Below are positions 1 through 10,823 of a stretch of 64,000 bases of DNA, in pieces (positions within the stretch are counted from its first letter, which is position 1; the number at the start of each line of letters is the position of its first letter). The stretch covers positions 74,581-138,580 of the forward strand of contig CAWDWO010000016.1 in assembly GCA_963806035.1 (NCBI GenBank), written 5' to 3'. This stretch comes from Candidatus Krumholzibacteriota bacterium. GTDB taxonomy: Bacteria; Krumholzibacteriota; Krumholzibacteriia; JAJRXK01. The notes below the pieces were generated by a model. The model saw only the letters and a program-made list of their open reading frames with translations. It was not told the origin of the DNA and did no database searches. Made by a program: the position numbers and the translations under genes.

Positions 1-1055
1 CCGATGGGCCCGGCCAGGGCGGCCTTGGTGAAGGCGTCGTAAACACGGATCCCCGGATTCTGCGCATTGCGGTCGGATACGTACACTTTGCCCTGCTGCG
101 AAATCTCCAGATCGCTCAGATCGAAACCGCTGGACGTGAGGACCGTGTCGAGCGGCGCGCCGCTGCTCGCGTCGAAGCGCAACAGTAGAGTTTGAAAGGA
201 AGAATTGCTGACGATGGCCCAACCCAGCTCGCTCGATGCGAGCCGCGCCGCCTGCAGATTTCCGCCGAGTTGCGCTTCGGTGGTCACGAAACCCTCACTC
301 TCCCGCGTGAAGGGGTTCACCACGGCGAGCCCGCCGTCCAGCTGCGGAAATTCGCCGCTGCAGATCACGAGCAGACGATTCAGATTGCGGTCATACCATA
401 GATCTCCGCTGGGATTTTCCGCCGGCAACAAGATGGGGTCGATGCCGGCCGTTTCGGGCACGGCGTCCACCGGTTGGTCGTTACGGGTGTCGATGACGAC
501 CAAAGAGGAACCTCCGGCGGGGGGGAGGTTGCTCTGCAGCCGATCGAGGCGTTGCAGCGCGACGAAGGCAAAGTCACCTACCGCGGCCACCTGAGCCATC
601 TCGGGAATCCCGTCGGCATCTGCGAAAGGGGAGAGGTCGATCGTGGCGAGCAGGGTTCCATGCAGCGGCTCCACCACCCATAGCTGAGTTTCCTCCAGGC
701 GTGTCAGGTAGGCGCGCCCGGGGCGCACCACTTCCAGGTCCTGCGGATTGGAGTCGAGCCCGGTGCTGTATTGATCGACCACTGCGTAGCCGGAGCTGGC
801 GTCCAAGACCAGCACGTTGTCCGCGAGATAGCGGTTGATCACGAAGATCGTGTTTTGGCTGCGGCGGGCGACCGCGTCGCCGTGGATGGTGTAGAGATCG
901 TTCGTGGTGGTATAGGGAGCGTCCAGGAGCATGACCGAACTGGAGCCGGTGGACTCGAAAGTCGTGGTGGTGCAGAAGAGGTCCTGTGCGGGAGCTTTCG
1001 TGGAGATGCCGAGGGTGAGCACCAAGACGGCGAAACCGAACTCAAATTTGGTCAT
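1..1055 (-). CDS. Secreted beta-propeller protein (YncE/BtuG-like), partial: its C-terminus runs off the window start
   Basis: Not in the ORF track. Hand translation from ATG at 1055 (GGAGG RBS upstream) gives MTKFEFGFAVLVLTLGISTKAPAQDLF..., a signal peptide followed by propeller-like blades (IFVINR, SNPQDLEVV..RAYLT, FAFVALQRLD, KVYVSDR). It overlaps the stop of the TonB receptor. Confidence 0.75.
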   Translation of the reverse strand, partial: MTKFEFGFAVLVLTLGISTKAPAQDLFCTTTTFESTGSSSVMLLDAPYTTTNDLYTIHGDAVARRSQNTIFVINRYLADNVLVLDASSGYAVVDQYSTGLDSNPQDLEVVRPGRAYLTRLEETQLWVVEPLHGTLLATIDLSPFADADGIPEMAQVAAVGDFAFVALQRLDRLQSNLPPAGGSSLVVIDTRNDQPVDAVPETAGIDPILLPAENPSGDLWYDRNLNRLLVICSGEFPQLDGGLAVVNPFTRESEGFVTTEAQLGGNLQAARLASSELGWAIVSNSSFQTLLLRFDASSGAPLDTVLTSSGFDLSDLEISQQGKVYVSDRNAQNPGIRVYDAFTKAALAGPI

Positions 1056-3165
1056 CTCTGCCTCCGATTCCGAGAGAGAGGAGAAAGCGGCGTCCAGGCA
1101 GCGGCCAACCGTAGAGATCGAAGAGTTCCCGGTTGTTACCCAGGTTCTCCACTCTCGCGTCGATGTTCACTCGAGAGACGTGAAGGCGAAGCCAGACCTC
1201 ATGGAGCGCGCGCGAGGGGATCTTCTCCCGCCCGTTGCGGTCCAGAGTGTTGTCGCCCATCGCGGTGAACTCGTAGCCCATGCTCCAGAAAGCGTGCTTT
1301 AGTCCCGCACGCGCGCGCAGCTGATAGCCCGGCCGGCCCGGCAGGGGTTGGCCCTGGAAGGTGGCATTGTCGCTGCGGTCGCGCGTGCGCAGCCAGCTTC
1401 CGTTGAACCCCAGGCTGAGCGGCCCGAGTCGTGAAAGCTGCAAATCGGCTTCCACGCCCTTGACCTCGGCCGCGCCGATGTTTTGCGCAGTTGCAGTGCG
1501 TTGACTGTTGCGAACGAAAGTGATGAGCTCGGAGCTGTCGTTGTGGAAGACGCTCAGCATCAGGCGACGGCTCCCCGCGTGTTGAGTGAAGACCAGCCCC
1601 AGGTCGCGGTTGGTTCCCACCTCCGGCACCAAGTCGGGATTCCCGATGACGCCTCCGCGGTTTCCGAAGCGTTCGATGAGGGTGGGCACACGCTCATATT
1701 CGCCGAGGTTGCCCTTCAGGATGAGATGCTGGCCGAGCAAGTAGCGGAGATCGAACTGGTAGGTATGGGCCCAAGTGTCGGCGAACTCGCGCGGACCGTT
1801 GGGCAGGTCATAGTTTCTGAGTGGCGGCACTCCGTGAAAGCGGTCGTGGTGATACTCGATGCGGACGCCGGGGCTGAGCGAAAGCCGCTCGTCGAAGGCA
1901 CGAAATTCCGGCTGCAAAGCGGCCGCGAGAGTGAGTCGGGTTTGGGGCGCGCCCTTTTCCTCAGTCGGCCACAGTCGTTTGCTCTGCAGTCGCGCCCAGC
2001 GTGACTCCAGGCGCCAGCTGTCGCGGCCGTGCTCCGTCAACGAACCCAGAGCATTGACCCCCACGCTCTGCGTGAGGTCCCGGCGCTCTTCACGCACCAG
2101 ACTCAGCTCCCCGTTCTTGTCGTCGAATCCCTGTTGGTCGATGCGATGGTACAGCTCGAGTTTCCTGAGGCGGCCACTTCGCGCGCGGGAAGAGATGAGC
2201 GCGGCACGAAAATGATGTGTGAAGCTCGAGCTGCGCGCGTCCTTGGCCTGGAGGTCCCTTCCGGGCAAACCGTACTCGCGTCCATCCAGTAGCTCGCTGA
2301 TTTGCAGATCCCAGCGATCCCCGGCGCGGTAGGCGCTCAGCATGCCCCCACCGCCCTTCAGGTCATTGTTGCGACGCACCGCTTCGAAATCGTCACGCGG
2401 GTTGTAAGGGGTTCGGTTGTCGAAGTGGTAGGAAAAGTCGCCGCTGCTGCTGAGATAACGCCCTCGGCCCAGCAGGGTCCAGGCTCCGATCCGCTTGGAG
2501 GATCCGGCCTGGAGCTGGTAGGTGTCGTACGAACCGGCGGTGGTGCGGGTCCAGGTCTTTTCCGGTCCCTTCGCGCTCACCAGATGAATGGCTCCCCCGA
2601 GACCGGCGCCACCCAGAACCAGGGGCGCCGCCCCACGATAGACTTCGATGCGTTGCAGGGACTCCAGGGGAACGCCGGAGAGATCGACGCTGCCGTTGCC
2701 GGGTTCGGTGAGAGGTACGCCATCCAGAAATATCGGCGCCTGCGCCGCGGTGGAACCTCGGATGCTGGCGCTGCTGTAGGAACCGAGGCCGCCCGTTTCC
2801 TTCACCGTCACCCCGACCGCGTCGGAGAGCACCGTGGCGGCGCTCTCCAACCCTCCCGACCAACTGGAACGGAGGATGACCGAAGCGAAGCCGCCCTCGC
2901 GGTCCAGGATCTCCTGCCGGTGTCTTCTGCGGGCGCTCACTTCCATGGTGGGCGCGAGATACACCGCGGTCGAATCATCCATCCGTAGAGGCGTGAGGGT
3001 GAGGCTGGAGTCGCGCGCGGATTCGCCGGGGAGTGGATCTGAAGCGCACGCAGGCGTCGTCCTGAAGAGGAAAGGCGAAAGCGAGAGCAGGATGAAGAAC
3101 ACCGCGAGAACCCGGACCCGCCGCATGCGGGTGGCGTCCTCAGCCGGACGCGAAAGCGCCACCAT
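1042..3165 (-). CDS. TonB-dependent receptor, probable cobalamin transporter (BtuB-like)
   Basis: Plug motifs (SIRGS, IFLDGVP, RIEVYRG, GGAIHL), barrel motifs (GNPDLVPE, RVENLGN, PGRRF) and a signal peptide. It lies directly downstream of a cobalamin riboswitch. ATG 3165 has a GGAGG RBS; 3126 is an alternative start. Confidence 0.88.
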   Translation of the reverse strand: MVALSRPAEDATRMRRVRVLAVFFILLSLSPFLFRTTPACASDPLPGESARDSSLTLTPLRMDDSTAVYLAPTMEVSARRRHRQEILDREGGFASVILRSSWSGGLESAATVLSDAVGVTVKETGGLGSYSSASIRGSTAAQAPIFLDGVPLTEPGNGSVDLSGVPLESLQRIEVYRGAAPLVLGGAGLGGAIHLVSAKGPEKTWTRTTAGSYDTYQLQAGSSKRIGAWTLLGRGRYLSSSGDFSYHFDNRTPYNPRDDFEAVRRNNDLKGGGGMLSAYRAGDRWDLQISELLDGREYGLPGRDLQAKDARSSSFTHHFRAALISSRARSGRLRKLELYHRIDQQGFDDKNGELSLVREERRDLTQSVGVNALGSLTEHGRDSWRLESRWARLQSKRLWPTEEKGAPQTRLTLAAALQPEFRAFDERLSLSPGVRIEYHHDRFHGVPPLRNYDLPNGPREFADTWAHTYQFDLRYLLGQHLILKGNLGEYERVPTLIERFGNRGGVIGNPDLVPEVGTNRDLGLVFTQHAGSRRLMLSVFHNDSSELITFVRNSQRTATAQNIGAAEVKGVEADLQLSRLGPLSLGFNGSWLRTRDRSDNATFQGQPLPGRPGYQLRARAGLKHAFWSMGYEFTAMGDNTLDRNGREKIPSRALHEVWLRLHVSRVNIDARVENLGNNRELFDLYGWPLPGRRFLLSLGIGGRDDQI

Positions 3166-3194
3166 TCCTCCCCCTCGAAGGTAATCGGTGGAAC

Positions 3195-3372
3195 GCCCGG
3201 GGTCGGTCTCCTGGCTTCCGGCTCCTGCCGAATGCCGCGCCTTCCCGGGGTTAGCCAGTGGCGTCGTGCAGCATTCGTCGCCGGTCACAGTGGCGGGGCC
3301 GCGCTGGTCTTGCACCAGACTTCCACGTTTGTCCCGCCGGGCGTCGATGTGAGTCCCGCGCGAACGGGACTA
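3195..3372 (-). promoter_or_regulatory. Cobalamin (B12) riboswitch
   Basis: The minus strand reads GGAAGTCTGGTGCAAGACCAGCGCGGCCCCGCCACTGTGACC...GCCACTGG...CCGGGAAGGC...GAAGCCAGGAGACC, which contains the hallmark B12-element motifs in the correct order, including the B12 box. It precedes a TBDR. Ends are approximate. Confidence 0.93.
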
Positions 3373-3451
3373 AAGACACTCTAGGCCCAAGTGGAGAAGT
3401 GGCGCAAGCGGGAACTCGATGGAGCGCGCAATCCGGGGAATGCGTCCCAAT

Positions 3452-5080
3452 TCAGCCCCGGGCTCTCTCGCCGGCCTTTTCGATCCAGAGCCGTGAGGAG
3501 GCATAATCGAGAAAGAGATGAAAGCGCGAGAGAATTCCCGCGCCCAAAACTCCAGCCACGTCGGTGCTGCCCATGACTCCCTCGTTGCTGGTGCTGAAGT
3601 TCGTGGGAAGGTCCTCGAAAACGAAACTGCCCAGCTCGAAGCGACGCAGCGAGCCACGCAGGGCGCGGCTGCTCCCGCCGATGCCGCGCACACCCGCGGG
3701 AGACATCTCGCCACGATTCTCGGACTTCAACAGCTCGTGTTGCTGAACGAAAGGCGCGCTGAGGTCGAGCTCGTTGTCGCTTCCGGTATCGAGGTGAACC
3801 CAGGCCGTGATTCCCTCGATCGAAACTTTGGCGGTGGGAACGTTCGCGTCCATGCGTAGGGGGATTTCCTCGGCTTGGCTGGGGGGCGTGAAATCGCGCC
3901 GCGAATGAAATTGCACCCAGCGTTCGTCGTAGGCGATCTCGATGATGCTCTGATTGAGGGTGTCGTAGCCCAGCACTCCTGTCACCGTTTCGTCGCTCAG
4001 GAGCGAAGTTACCGAAGACAGATCCAGACTCACCCAACTTTGCGCGGGAAACTCCATGCGGCCCAGCGCGAGACTCTCGATCTGTACCAGTGCGGCCGGC
4101 GCGTTGCCTGCCGCGCCGGTGGCCTCGAGCTCACCCTGCGTGGAGAGTCCCAGTTGCGGCAACTGAGTGCTATCGAGGATGCTGCTGCCGGCGCCGGTAT
4201 CCAGCAGAAACAGTCCCACGTGATCCCGGTTCAGAGTTCCGCGCAAGAGAATGTGACCGCCGGCGCCCACCATCGCCAAGCGGCCGCTCGCGCTTCCGCC
4301 GTGGAAGATGGGACCATCTCGCCGGCTCGGCGGCGGGCGATAGGCGTCCTTGCCGCGGGGCGGCGCGAACTCCGCCAACTCCAAACTCGCGCTGAGGATC
4401 ATGTCGCCGGTCTCCATGCGGATCTGGTCGGGAATCCAGGTCCCGTCGATCTCCCGGTAATGTTCGAAGACCGTCTTCAACTCCATCTGACCGTTGTTCC
4501 AATTCGTTTCCGCCAGCCGGAAGGTCGAGGGATCCAGAATCAGATACTCGGGCTCCTTCCCCAAGAGCTGCAGGGAGAGTCGCGGACGGCCGCTCTCATC
4601 GGGGGGAGCGAGCTTCACGAAGAGGGGCACGGGAGGACGCTTCAGCACGTAGGCCCCCAGGTTCACGATCGATTCCAGAATGGCTCCGGTCTCCTCGTTG
4701 CCCGGGGCATCGCGCACCACTCCGTTGCGATCCATGATCCAGGCCTGGGCCCCGTCGTATCCGCTTTCGAGACTCAGAGGTCCCAGGCTGAGACGGCTCC
4801 AACCACGCAGGGGGGCCTCGTTCCAGCTCTCCACCGTGCCGTGCAATCCAAGCCCGCTCACCTTCGCCTTGATGTGGAGGGCGGAGTCGAAGCCAACTTC
4901 CCGTGAGTACCCCATCGCCAGTGCGTGCCGGTCGAGTACCTCTTGCAAGTCGAGCCCGCTGGCGGAGGCTCGGTTCGAGTCAGCCACATCGACTCGCGCG
5001 GCACCCGCTGCGGCGAGCGCAAAGGAAGGCCACGGCGAGCTCAGGGCAACCAGCAGGGCGAGCGCGGCCAGGGAGTTCAC
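3452..5080 (-). CDS. Secreted tandem retropepsin-like aspartyl protease
   Basis: Signal peptide and an N-terminal beta-rich domain, then two DTG motifs (LLDTGAG, HLDTGSD), each followed by a GVLG motif. Confidence 0.82.
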   Translation of the reverse strand: MNSLAALALLVALSSPWPSFALAAAGAARVDVADSNRASASGLDLQEVLDRHALAMGYSREVGFDSALHIKAKVSGLGLHGTVESWNEAPLRGWSRLSLGPLSLESGYDGAQAWIMDRNGVVRDAPGNEETGAILESIVNLGAYVLKRPPVPLFVKLAPPDESGRPRLSLQLLGKEPEYLILDPSTFRLAETNWNNGQMELKTVFEHYREIDGTWIPDQIRMETGDMILSASLELAEFAPPRGKDAYRPPPSRRDGPIFHGGSASGRLAMVGAGGHILLRGTLNRDHVGLFLLDTGAGSSILDSTQLPQLGLSTQGELEATGAAGNAPAALVQIESLALGRMEFPAQSWVSLDLSSVTSLLSDETVTGVLGYDTLNQSIIEIAYDERWVQFHSRRDFTPPSQAEEIPLRMDANVPTAKVSIEGITAWVHLDTGSDNELDLSAPFVQQHELLKSENRGEMSPAGVRGIGGSSRALRGSLRRFELGSFVFEDLPTNFSTSNEGVMGSTDVAGVLGAGILSRFHLFLDYASSRLWIEKAGERARG

Positions 5081-5147
5081 GATCTCAAATTTCGCGCGAA
5101 TGATCCCGTCCTCCGCTGAGTTCGTGGGTGGCAGGTCTCTTTTGGAT

Positions 5148-5912
5148 TTAGCTCAGATGGAAGCTCTCGGCCACGAGCTTGATGGCGAACGCGACCACGC
5201 ACACCACCAAGAGCCGCCTCACCCACTTTTCTCCCCGCTGCACCTGCAGGTGCGTACCCAGGTAGCCGCCGAGCATGGTGCCGCCGCCCAGGACGATTCC
5301 CGGCAGCCAACGCACCTGGCCGGCATGCCAGAATATGATGAGCGCGAAGACCTGGAGAAAGAGCACGGTGAAGACTTTGGTCGCATTGGCGCGCACCAGA
5401 TCCAGCCCTCCCAGACGCGCCAGGGCAGCGATGATCAGAAAGCCGGCCCCGGCCTGGATGACCCCGGCGTAGATCCCCAGGAAGAAGTAGCTCAGCGCCA
5501 AGAGTACGGGGTGGCGGGTTAGCGCCTCGCCCGAGCTGCCACCGCGTTTGCGTAAGATGATGTAGAGGACGAGCAGAAGGATCACCGCGAGAATCCGACG
5601 AAACCAGACTTCGTTCAGATCGAGGGCGATGCGGGTTCCCAACCATGCCCCCGGCAAGGAAGGGAGCAGAAGCAGGAGTCCCAGGCGCAAGGGTAGACGT
5701 CCACGCCGCGCGAAGGTCGCCGAGGACACCGAATTCTGCAGGACCAAACCCACCCGGTTCGTCGCGTTGGCCACGGTGGTGGGGAGGCCGAGAAAGATGA
5801 GGGCGGGAAGGGTGATGAGAGAACCGCCTCCGGCATTCACGTTGATGAAGCCGGCCACTCCGCCCGCGAGCAGGAGGAGGATGAGGCGCAGGGGCTGAAA
5901 TCCTTCGAGCAT
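5148..5912 (-). CDS. TauE/SafE (TSUP) family membrane transporter
   Basis: AGFINVNAGGGSLITLP, ANATN, and a duplicated GIYAG..QAGAG motif; about 8 TM helices. Confidence 0.9.
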   Translation of the reverse strand: MLEGFQPLRLILLLLAGGVAGFINVNAGGGSLITLPALIFLGLPTTVANATNRVGLVLQNSVSSATFARRGRLPLRLGLLLLLPSLPGAWLGTRIALDLNEVWFRRILAVILLLVLYIILRKRGGSSGEALTRHPVLLALSYFFLGIYAGVIQAGAGFLIIAALARLGGLDLVRANATKVFTVLFLQVFALIIFWHAGQVRWLPGIVLGGGTMLGGYLGTHLQVQRGEKWVRRLLVVCVVAFAIKLVAESFHLS

Positions 5913-6090
5913 GCGAGCAGGCTAGAGCCACCGGCAGTTCGTGTCGAGCTTTGCCTGCAAGCGGTGACTCTCCAGCTGAAGGGTTTGGAGTGCCCCTTTT
6001 GCGCATTTCGGTTGTCTTGCCCGGTACGGGCTTGTGGTTTAAGGTGGGGCGGCTCACGAACGCTTGTACTCCCCTGAAGGGGCGTCTTTG

Positions 6091-6936
6091 ATGCAGGACG
6101 AACGCTGGAGTGTCGCGGTACTCAGCGACGGCTACTACTTACTCGACGGCGGCTCCATGTTCGGAGTCGTACCGCGCGTGCTCTGGGAAAAGAAACATGA
6201 GCCCGACGAGAAGAACCGCGTGGTCCTGGCTCTGAACTGTCTGCTCTTGCGCAACCAGGAACGGATCGTCCTGGTCGACAACGGCATGGGAGACGGTTGG
6301 AGCGAGAAGGAGCTCGCGATCTACGGCCTTCAGCGGCCCAACGGCAATCTGGTGGAGGACCTGGGCCGTCACGGGTTGAAGCCGGAACAGGTGACCGACG
6401 TCATCCTCACCCATCTGCATTTCGATCATGCCGGCGGCACCATCACCCACGATGGTGGTGAAGTCCGGCTGACCTTCCCCAACGCAGTGCACTGGCTCCA
6501 GGAATCGAACTTGCGGTGGGCAGAGCACCCCACCGAGCGCGACCGCGCGAGCTATCTGCGCCCACGCTGGGAACCGCTGTTGGCCGGGGAAGGACGACTT
6601 TCTCTGGTGGACGGCGCCAAGGAGATCATGCCCGGAATCCGCACTCTGCCGGTGAGCGGTCACACCCCCGGGCAACAGCTGGTGGTGGTGAACGGCGAGA
6701 GCGGGCCGGTCCTCTTTGCCGGCGACCTCATTCCCTTTGCCAGCCAACTCAGAGTGCCTTGGATCATGGCCTACGATCTGAATCCCCTGCTCACTCTCAG
6801 CGAGAAGAAGGACATCTTGGCCCGCGCCGCGGCAGAGGACTGGACCCTCGTCTTTGAGCACGACAGAGAAATTCCGGCCGCGCGGATCGAGTCCACTGAT
6901 CGCGGTTACGCGGTGCGTGAAAAGGTGGAGCTCTGA
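6091..6936 (+). CDS. MBL-fold metallo-hydrolase (YtnP-like)
   Basis: LDGGSMFGVVP, THLHFDHAGG, GHTPG, AGDL and FEHD motifs. Confidence 0.9.
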   Translation: MQDERWSVAVLSDGYYLLDGGSMFGVVPRVLWEKKHEPDEKNRVVLALNCLLLRNQERIVLVDNGMGDGWSEKELAIYGLQRPNGNLVEDLGRHGLKPEQVTDVILTHLHFDHAGGTITHDGGEVRLTFPNAVHWLQESNLRWAEHPTERDRASYLRPRWEPLLAGEGRLSLVDGAKEIMPGIRTLPVSGHTPGQQLVVVNGESGPVLFAGDLIPFASQLRVPWIMAYDLNPLLTLSEKKDILARAAAEDWTLVFEHDREIPAARIESTDRGYAVREKVEL

Positions 6937-6937
6937 G

Positions 6938-7834
6938 GTGAAAAACGAGAAGCGCACTCGGCACGTGATGGGGCAACCACGCCTCGGCAAACCGAGCTGG
7001 CTGCGCGTGAAACCTCGCTCCGGGCAGGAGTATTTCGAACTGCGCCGTCTTTTCCAGGACAAAGGGCTGCACACGATTTGCAGCGAAGCCAAGTGTCCGA
7101 ACACGGCGGAGTGCTGGAGCCAACGAACCGCGAGCTTCTTGATTCTCGGGGAGAGGTGCACGCGCCGGTGTACTTTCTGTAACGTGGGATACGGCTGGAG
7201 CGGAGAGATCGACCGTGACGAGCCGCGACGACTCGCCGAGGGCGTGGATGCGCTGGACCTCGAGCACGTGGTTCTCACCTCCGTCGACCGCGACGATCTC
7301 GAGGACGGCGGAGCCGCGATCTTCGTGGAGAGCATCCAGCGTCTTCGTGGCCTGCGGAAGGAGCTCAGGGTGGAAGTCCTCACGCCGGACTTCGCACAGA
7401 AGGAAGGCGCCTTGGAGCGAGTGCTCGCGGCCGGCCCGGACGTCTTCGCGCACAATTTGGAAACGGTCGAGCGTCTCTATCCCGGAGTCCGGCCGCGCTC
7501 GTCCTATAGGGGTTCACTGCAGGTCCTTGGCGTGGCGGCCCGGCATCCTGCAAAGCCCGTGGTGAAGACGGGCATCATGGTGGGCCTGGGGGAGACGATC
7601 GAAGAGATCGAGGAACTCATGCGCGATGCCAAATCGGCCGGGGTGCAGATTCTGACCGTGGGACAATACCTCCAGCCGAGTCCGCGTCACCACCGAGTCG
7701 AACGTTTTTACACTCCCTCGGAATTTCGAGAGCTTGCTGAACGGGGACGGGTCCTCGGTCTGCCCTGGGTCGAATCGGGTCCCCTCGTGCGATCGTCCTA
7801 TCATGCCGCAGAGCAACACGGAGCCCTCAGCTAG
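6938..7834 (+). CDS. lipA: Lipoyl synthase
   Basis: KPSWL, CSEAKCPNTAEC (CX4CX5C), CTRRCTFC radical SAM motif, VRSSYHA. Start is GTG 6938 or ATG 6968. Confidence 0.96.
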   Translation: MKNEKRTRHVMGQPRLGKPSWLRVKPRSGQEYFELRRLFQDKGLHTICSEAKCPNTAECWSQRTASFLILGERCTRRCTFCNVGYGWSGEIDRDEPRRLAEGVDALDLEHVVLTSVDRDDLEDGGAAIFVESIQRLRGLRKELRVEVLTPDFAQKEGALERVLAAGPDVFAHNLETVERLYPGVRPRSSYRGSLQVLGVAARHPAKPVVKTGIMVGLGETIEEIEELMRDAKSAGVQILTVGQYLQPSPRHHRVERFYTPSEFRELAERGRVLGLPWVESGPLVRSSYHAAEQHGALS

Positions 7835-9197
7835 ATCCCCCGTCACCCTGCCCACGCGGCAGTGGGTCGTGGTGGCAACCTTGGCCATTGGCGTGCTGAT
7901 CGCGGTGGGCGGAGGGCTCTGGCAGTTCGACCGGCACGCGCGGGATTATCTGCGCGAGGCTTTGGGCAATCAGCTCCAGGATCAGGCGGTGGGGGTGGCG
8001 TCGACCATTCCTGGCGACTCCCTGGCCTTCTGGGCCCTGCGCCAGGGCGATCCTCGTTGGCAAGCGCCGCTCTTGAAATCCCTGGGGCGCATCCGCCAGG
8101 ACAACGAGCTCGCCGACATCTTCATTTGCCTTCCCGAAGGGGAAGTCGTTCTCGATGTGAATCAGAGTCTGCTCCCGGGACTCAAAAACCCCTTTCTTTC
8201 GCTGGACCCGGCGGAAATCGAAGCCGCGCGCTCGGGCATCGCGAGTCATTCCAGGCTCTACCATGCCCTGGACGATCGCTACTACATGACAGGTTACGCC
8301 CCGGTGTTTGACGTTCTGGGCGAGGTGTCGGGTTTCGTGGGTGTGGACGCGAGCGTGGGGTACTTCGATGCCCTGTCGGGCTTGCGCCGCAATCTCCTGC
8401 TCGTCGGAGCTACCGTTGTGGCGCTGGTCGCGCTGCTGATGATCCTGTGGGTGGTCTATGCGCAACGACTGGCCCGGACGCGCGCTCTTCTCTTGCGCAA
8501 CGAAACGCTGTCGGCGATGGGCCGCATGACGGCGGGTATCGCGCACGAGATTCGCAATCCCTTGGGTATCATCAAGAACACCGCGCAACTGCTCAAGGAG
8601 GACCTGAGGGAGCAGGGGGTGGACGCGGCCATGGTCGATTACATTCCCGAGGAAGTCGATCGTCTCAACGAAATCCTCAGCGGATATCTCGAATTTGCCC
8701 GCCAGGCCCCTCCACACTTCACGGAAGTGGAGCTCGCGAGACTTCTTCAGCGGACTCTTCGCCTGCTCGAGCAGGATTTTCAAGACGCGAAGGTCACGGT
8801 TTCCGACACTTTGAGCCAGTGCGGGGAGGTGACCATCGAGGCGGACATGCGCCGGGTGCAACAGGTCTTCTTGAATCTGTTCCTGAACGCCTTGCAGGCC
8901 ATGCCGGATGGAGGCACTCTCGAAATCCAAATCGATGAAGGAAGGGAGTCGGTCACGACGAAGGTTCTCGACACGGGAGTAGGACTTCCCAAGGAGGAAT
9001 CCGGCCGCATCTTTGAACCCTTCGTCACGACCAAAGACAAGGGCAGCGGTTTGGGATTGAGCATGGTCCGGCGCATCGTGGTGGAGGATCACGGCGGGAA
9101 GGTGAAGTTGGAGAACCGCCCGCAAAAAGGCGCGGTCGCCACGGTGATTCTTCCCCGGCGGCAGAGGATTGGAACCAACTCGCAAAGAGGAGAATAG
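7803..9197 (+). CDS. Membrane sensor histidine kinase
   Basis: Two TM segments flank a periplasmic Cache-like domain. H-box AHEIRNPL, N-box NLFLNA, G1 DTGVG, F box FEPFVTTK, G2 GSGLGL. Start uncertain. Confidence 0.93.
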   Translation: MPQSNTEPSARSPVTLPTRQWVVVATLAIGVLIAVGGGLWQFDRHARDYLREALGNQLQDQAVGVASTIPGDSLAFWALRQGDPRWQAPLLKSLGRIRQDNELADIFICLPEGEVVLDVNQSLLPGLKNPFLSLDPAEIEAARSGIASHSRLYHALDDRYYMTGYAPVFDVLGEVSGFVGVDASVGYFDALSGLRRNLLLVGATVVALVALLMILWVVYAQRLARTRALLLRNETLSAMGRMTAGIAHEIRNPLGIIKNTAQLLKEDLREQGVDAAMVDYIPEEVDRLNEILSGYLEFARQAPPHFTEVELARLLQRTLRLLEQDFQDAKVTVSDTLSQCGEVTIEADMRRVQQVFLNLFLNALQAMPDGGTLEIQIDEGRESVTTKVLDTGVGLPKEESGRIFEPFVTTKDKGSGLGLSMVRRIVVEDHGGKVKLENRPQKGAVATVILPRRQRIGTNSQRGE

Positions 9198-9198
9198 C

Positions 9199-10566
9199 GT
9201 GGCCCGGATTCTGGTGGTGGACGACGAGTCCAAGATGCAGGAGCTGTTGGCGAAATTCCTCGCGCGCAAGGGCCACGAGGTACGCACGGCGGGCGACGGC
9301 GTGGCGGCGGTCGCGCAGTTGGAGGAGTCCGAGGCCGAAGTCGTATTCTCGGATCTGCGCATGCCCGGCTTGGATGGAATCGAACTCCTCGCCAAGGTGC
9401 GCGAACGCTGGCCGAATACGCGATTGGTCATCATGACCGGTCATGGTGACGAGGTGCGCACTGCGGTGGAGGCCATGAAATCGGGCGCTTACGACTATCT
9501 CACGAAGCCGCTGGATTTGGATGAAGTTGCCATCATCGCGGAACGCGCGGCTCGGGAACGCGAGCTGGCTCTGGAGAATGCTCGCCTGCGCAGGGTCGTG
9601 GACCGCCAGAATCCAACTCGGGAAATGGTGGGGGAAAGCGCGGCGATGGCACGCGTAAGGGAGCTCGTCCTGAAGGTGGCGCCCACCGATGCCACGGTCC
9701 TCATCCGCGGTGAGAGCGGAACTGGCAAGGAGCTCACCGCACGGTCGATTCACGAGCACAGCCACAGAGCGAAGCGTCCCTTCCTGGCCGTCAATTGCGC
9801 CGCGATCGCGGACACTCTGCTCGAGAGCGAACTTTTCGGCTACGTGAAGGGGGCATTCACCGGCGCCGATCAGAACAAGGCAGGATTGTTCGAGCTGGCC
9901 GATCGAGGAACTCTATTCCTGGATGAAATCGCCGAGGCCAATGCATCGGTGCAGGCCAAGCTCCTGCGCGCCCTGGAGGAGAGGAGATTTCTGCCGGTGG
10001 GCGGACACCGCGAGATCCAGGTCGATGTCAGGATCGTCGCGGCTACCAACAAGGATCTCGAGAGCTACATCGCACAGGATCGATTCCGTAAGGATCTCTT
10101 CTACCGCTTCAACGTCTTTCCCTTGCAGCTTCCGCCACTCCGAAACCGCATCGAAGATCTGCCGGAGCTCGTGGGACATTTTCTGAATGGCTTTGGCCGC
10201 GACCCTGATGAGATCGACTCGGATGCTCTCTCCCTGCTGCGCACCTACCCGTGGCCGGGGAACGTGCGCGAGTTGCGTAACATCCTGGAGCGCGCCCACA
10301 TTCTGGCGCAGGGCGAGCGCATCGGGGCGACTCACTTGCTCCTGCCGGAGTCTTTCGGTGACGGAGAGCAGGAGCTCGCGGGACCGAGGCCGCTCAATCT
10401 GCGCATCGAAGATCACGAGCGCAGACTGATCCGCCTGGCCCTGAAACGGGCCGGGGGCAACAAGACCAAAGCAGCCGAACTCCTCGGGCTCACGCGCCGT
10501 GCCCTGTACAGCCGGATGGAACGCCTCCAGCTGCCCATCGACGGCTTCGAACCGGAGTCCGGCTAG
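9199..10566 (+). CDS. Sigma54-dependent response regulator (NtrC/AtoC/ZraR family)
   Basis: REC domain (VVDDE, DLRMP, KP), AAA+ domain ([27 protein letters not shown]) and a Fis-type HTH. Confidence 0.96.
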   Translation: MARILVVDDESKMQELLAKFLARKGHEVRTAGDGVAAVAQLEESEAEVVFSDLRMPGLDGIELLAKVRERWPNTRLVIMTGHGDEVRTAVEAMKSGAYDYLTKPLDLDEVAIIAERAARERELALENARLRRVVDRQNPTREMVGESAAMARVRELVLKVAPTDATVLIRGESGTGKELTARSIHEHSHRAKRPFLAVNCAAIADTLLESELFGYVKGAFTGADQNKAGLFELADRGTLFLDEIAEANASVQAKLLRALEERRFLPVGGHREIQVDVRIVAATNKDLESYIAQDRFRKDLFYRFNVFPLQLPPLRNRIEDLPELVGHFLNGFGRDPDEIDSDALSLLRTYPWPGNVRELRNILERAHILAQGERIGATHLLLPESFGDGEQELAGPRPLNLRIEDHERRLIRLALKRAGGNKTKAAELLGLTRRALYSRMERLQLPIDGFEPESG

Positions 10567-10592
10567 ATGAGAGCGATTCAGGGGTCGTGGCG

Positions 10593-10776
10593 CGTCCCGG
10601 GACATCGTTCCGGCCGGGACAGAGTGTCCCCAGGGGTACGCCCCCGAGGGAACTCGATTCGCGGTAGCGGTCCCGGTCGAGCCGGAGTCGAATACGGAAC
10701 TGCTTGGGAAATAAACACTTCCGCGCCATACTGGGGCCCGAGGGGGAAACCGGCGCAAGTGGGAATGAGCATTGCA
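10593..10776 (+). promoter_or_regulatory. Putative sigma54 promoter with upstream activator-like palindromes
   Basis: GG-N10-GC element GGAATGAGCATTGCA (GG 10762-63, GC 10774-75). TGTCCC/GGGACA-type inverted half-sites cluster at about 10593-10640. Confidence 0.5.
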
Positions 10777-10823
10777 GCGCGTGGGGGTAGCGATCCATTC
10801 TGGATGAGCCAGGAGTATCGACG

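Noticed and set aside
3166..3315. N-terminal extension of the TBDR ORF to 3315
   Set aside because: It runs through the riboswitch; the RBS and signal peptide support a start at 3165 or 3126.
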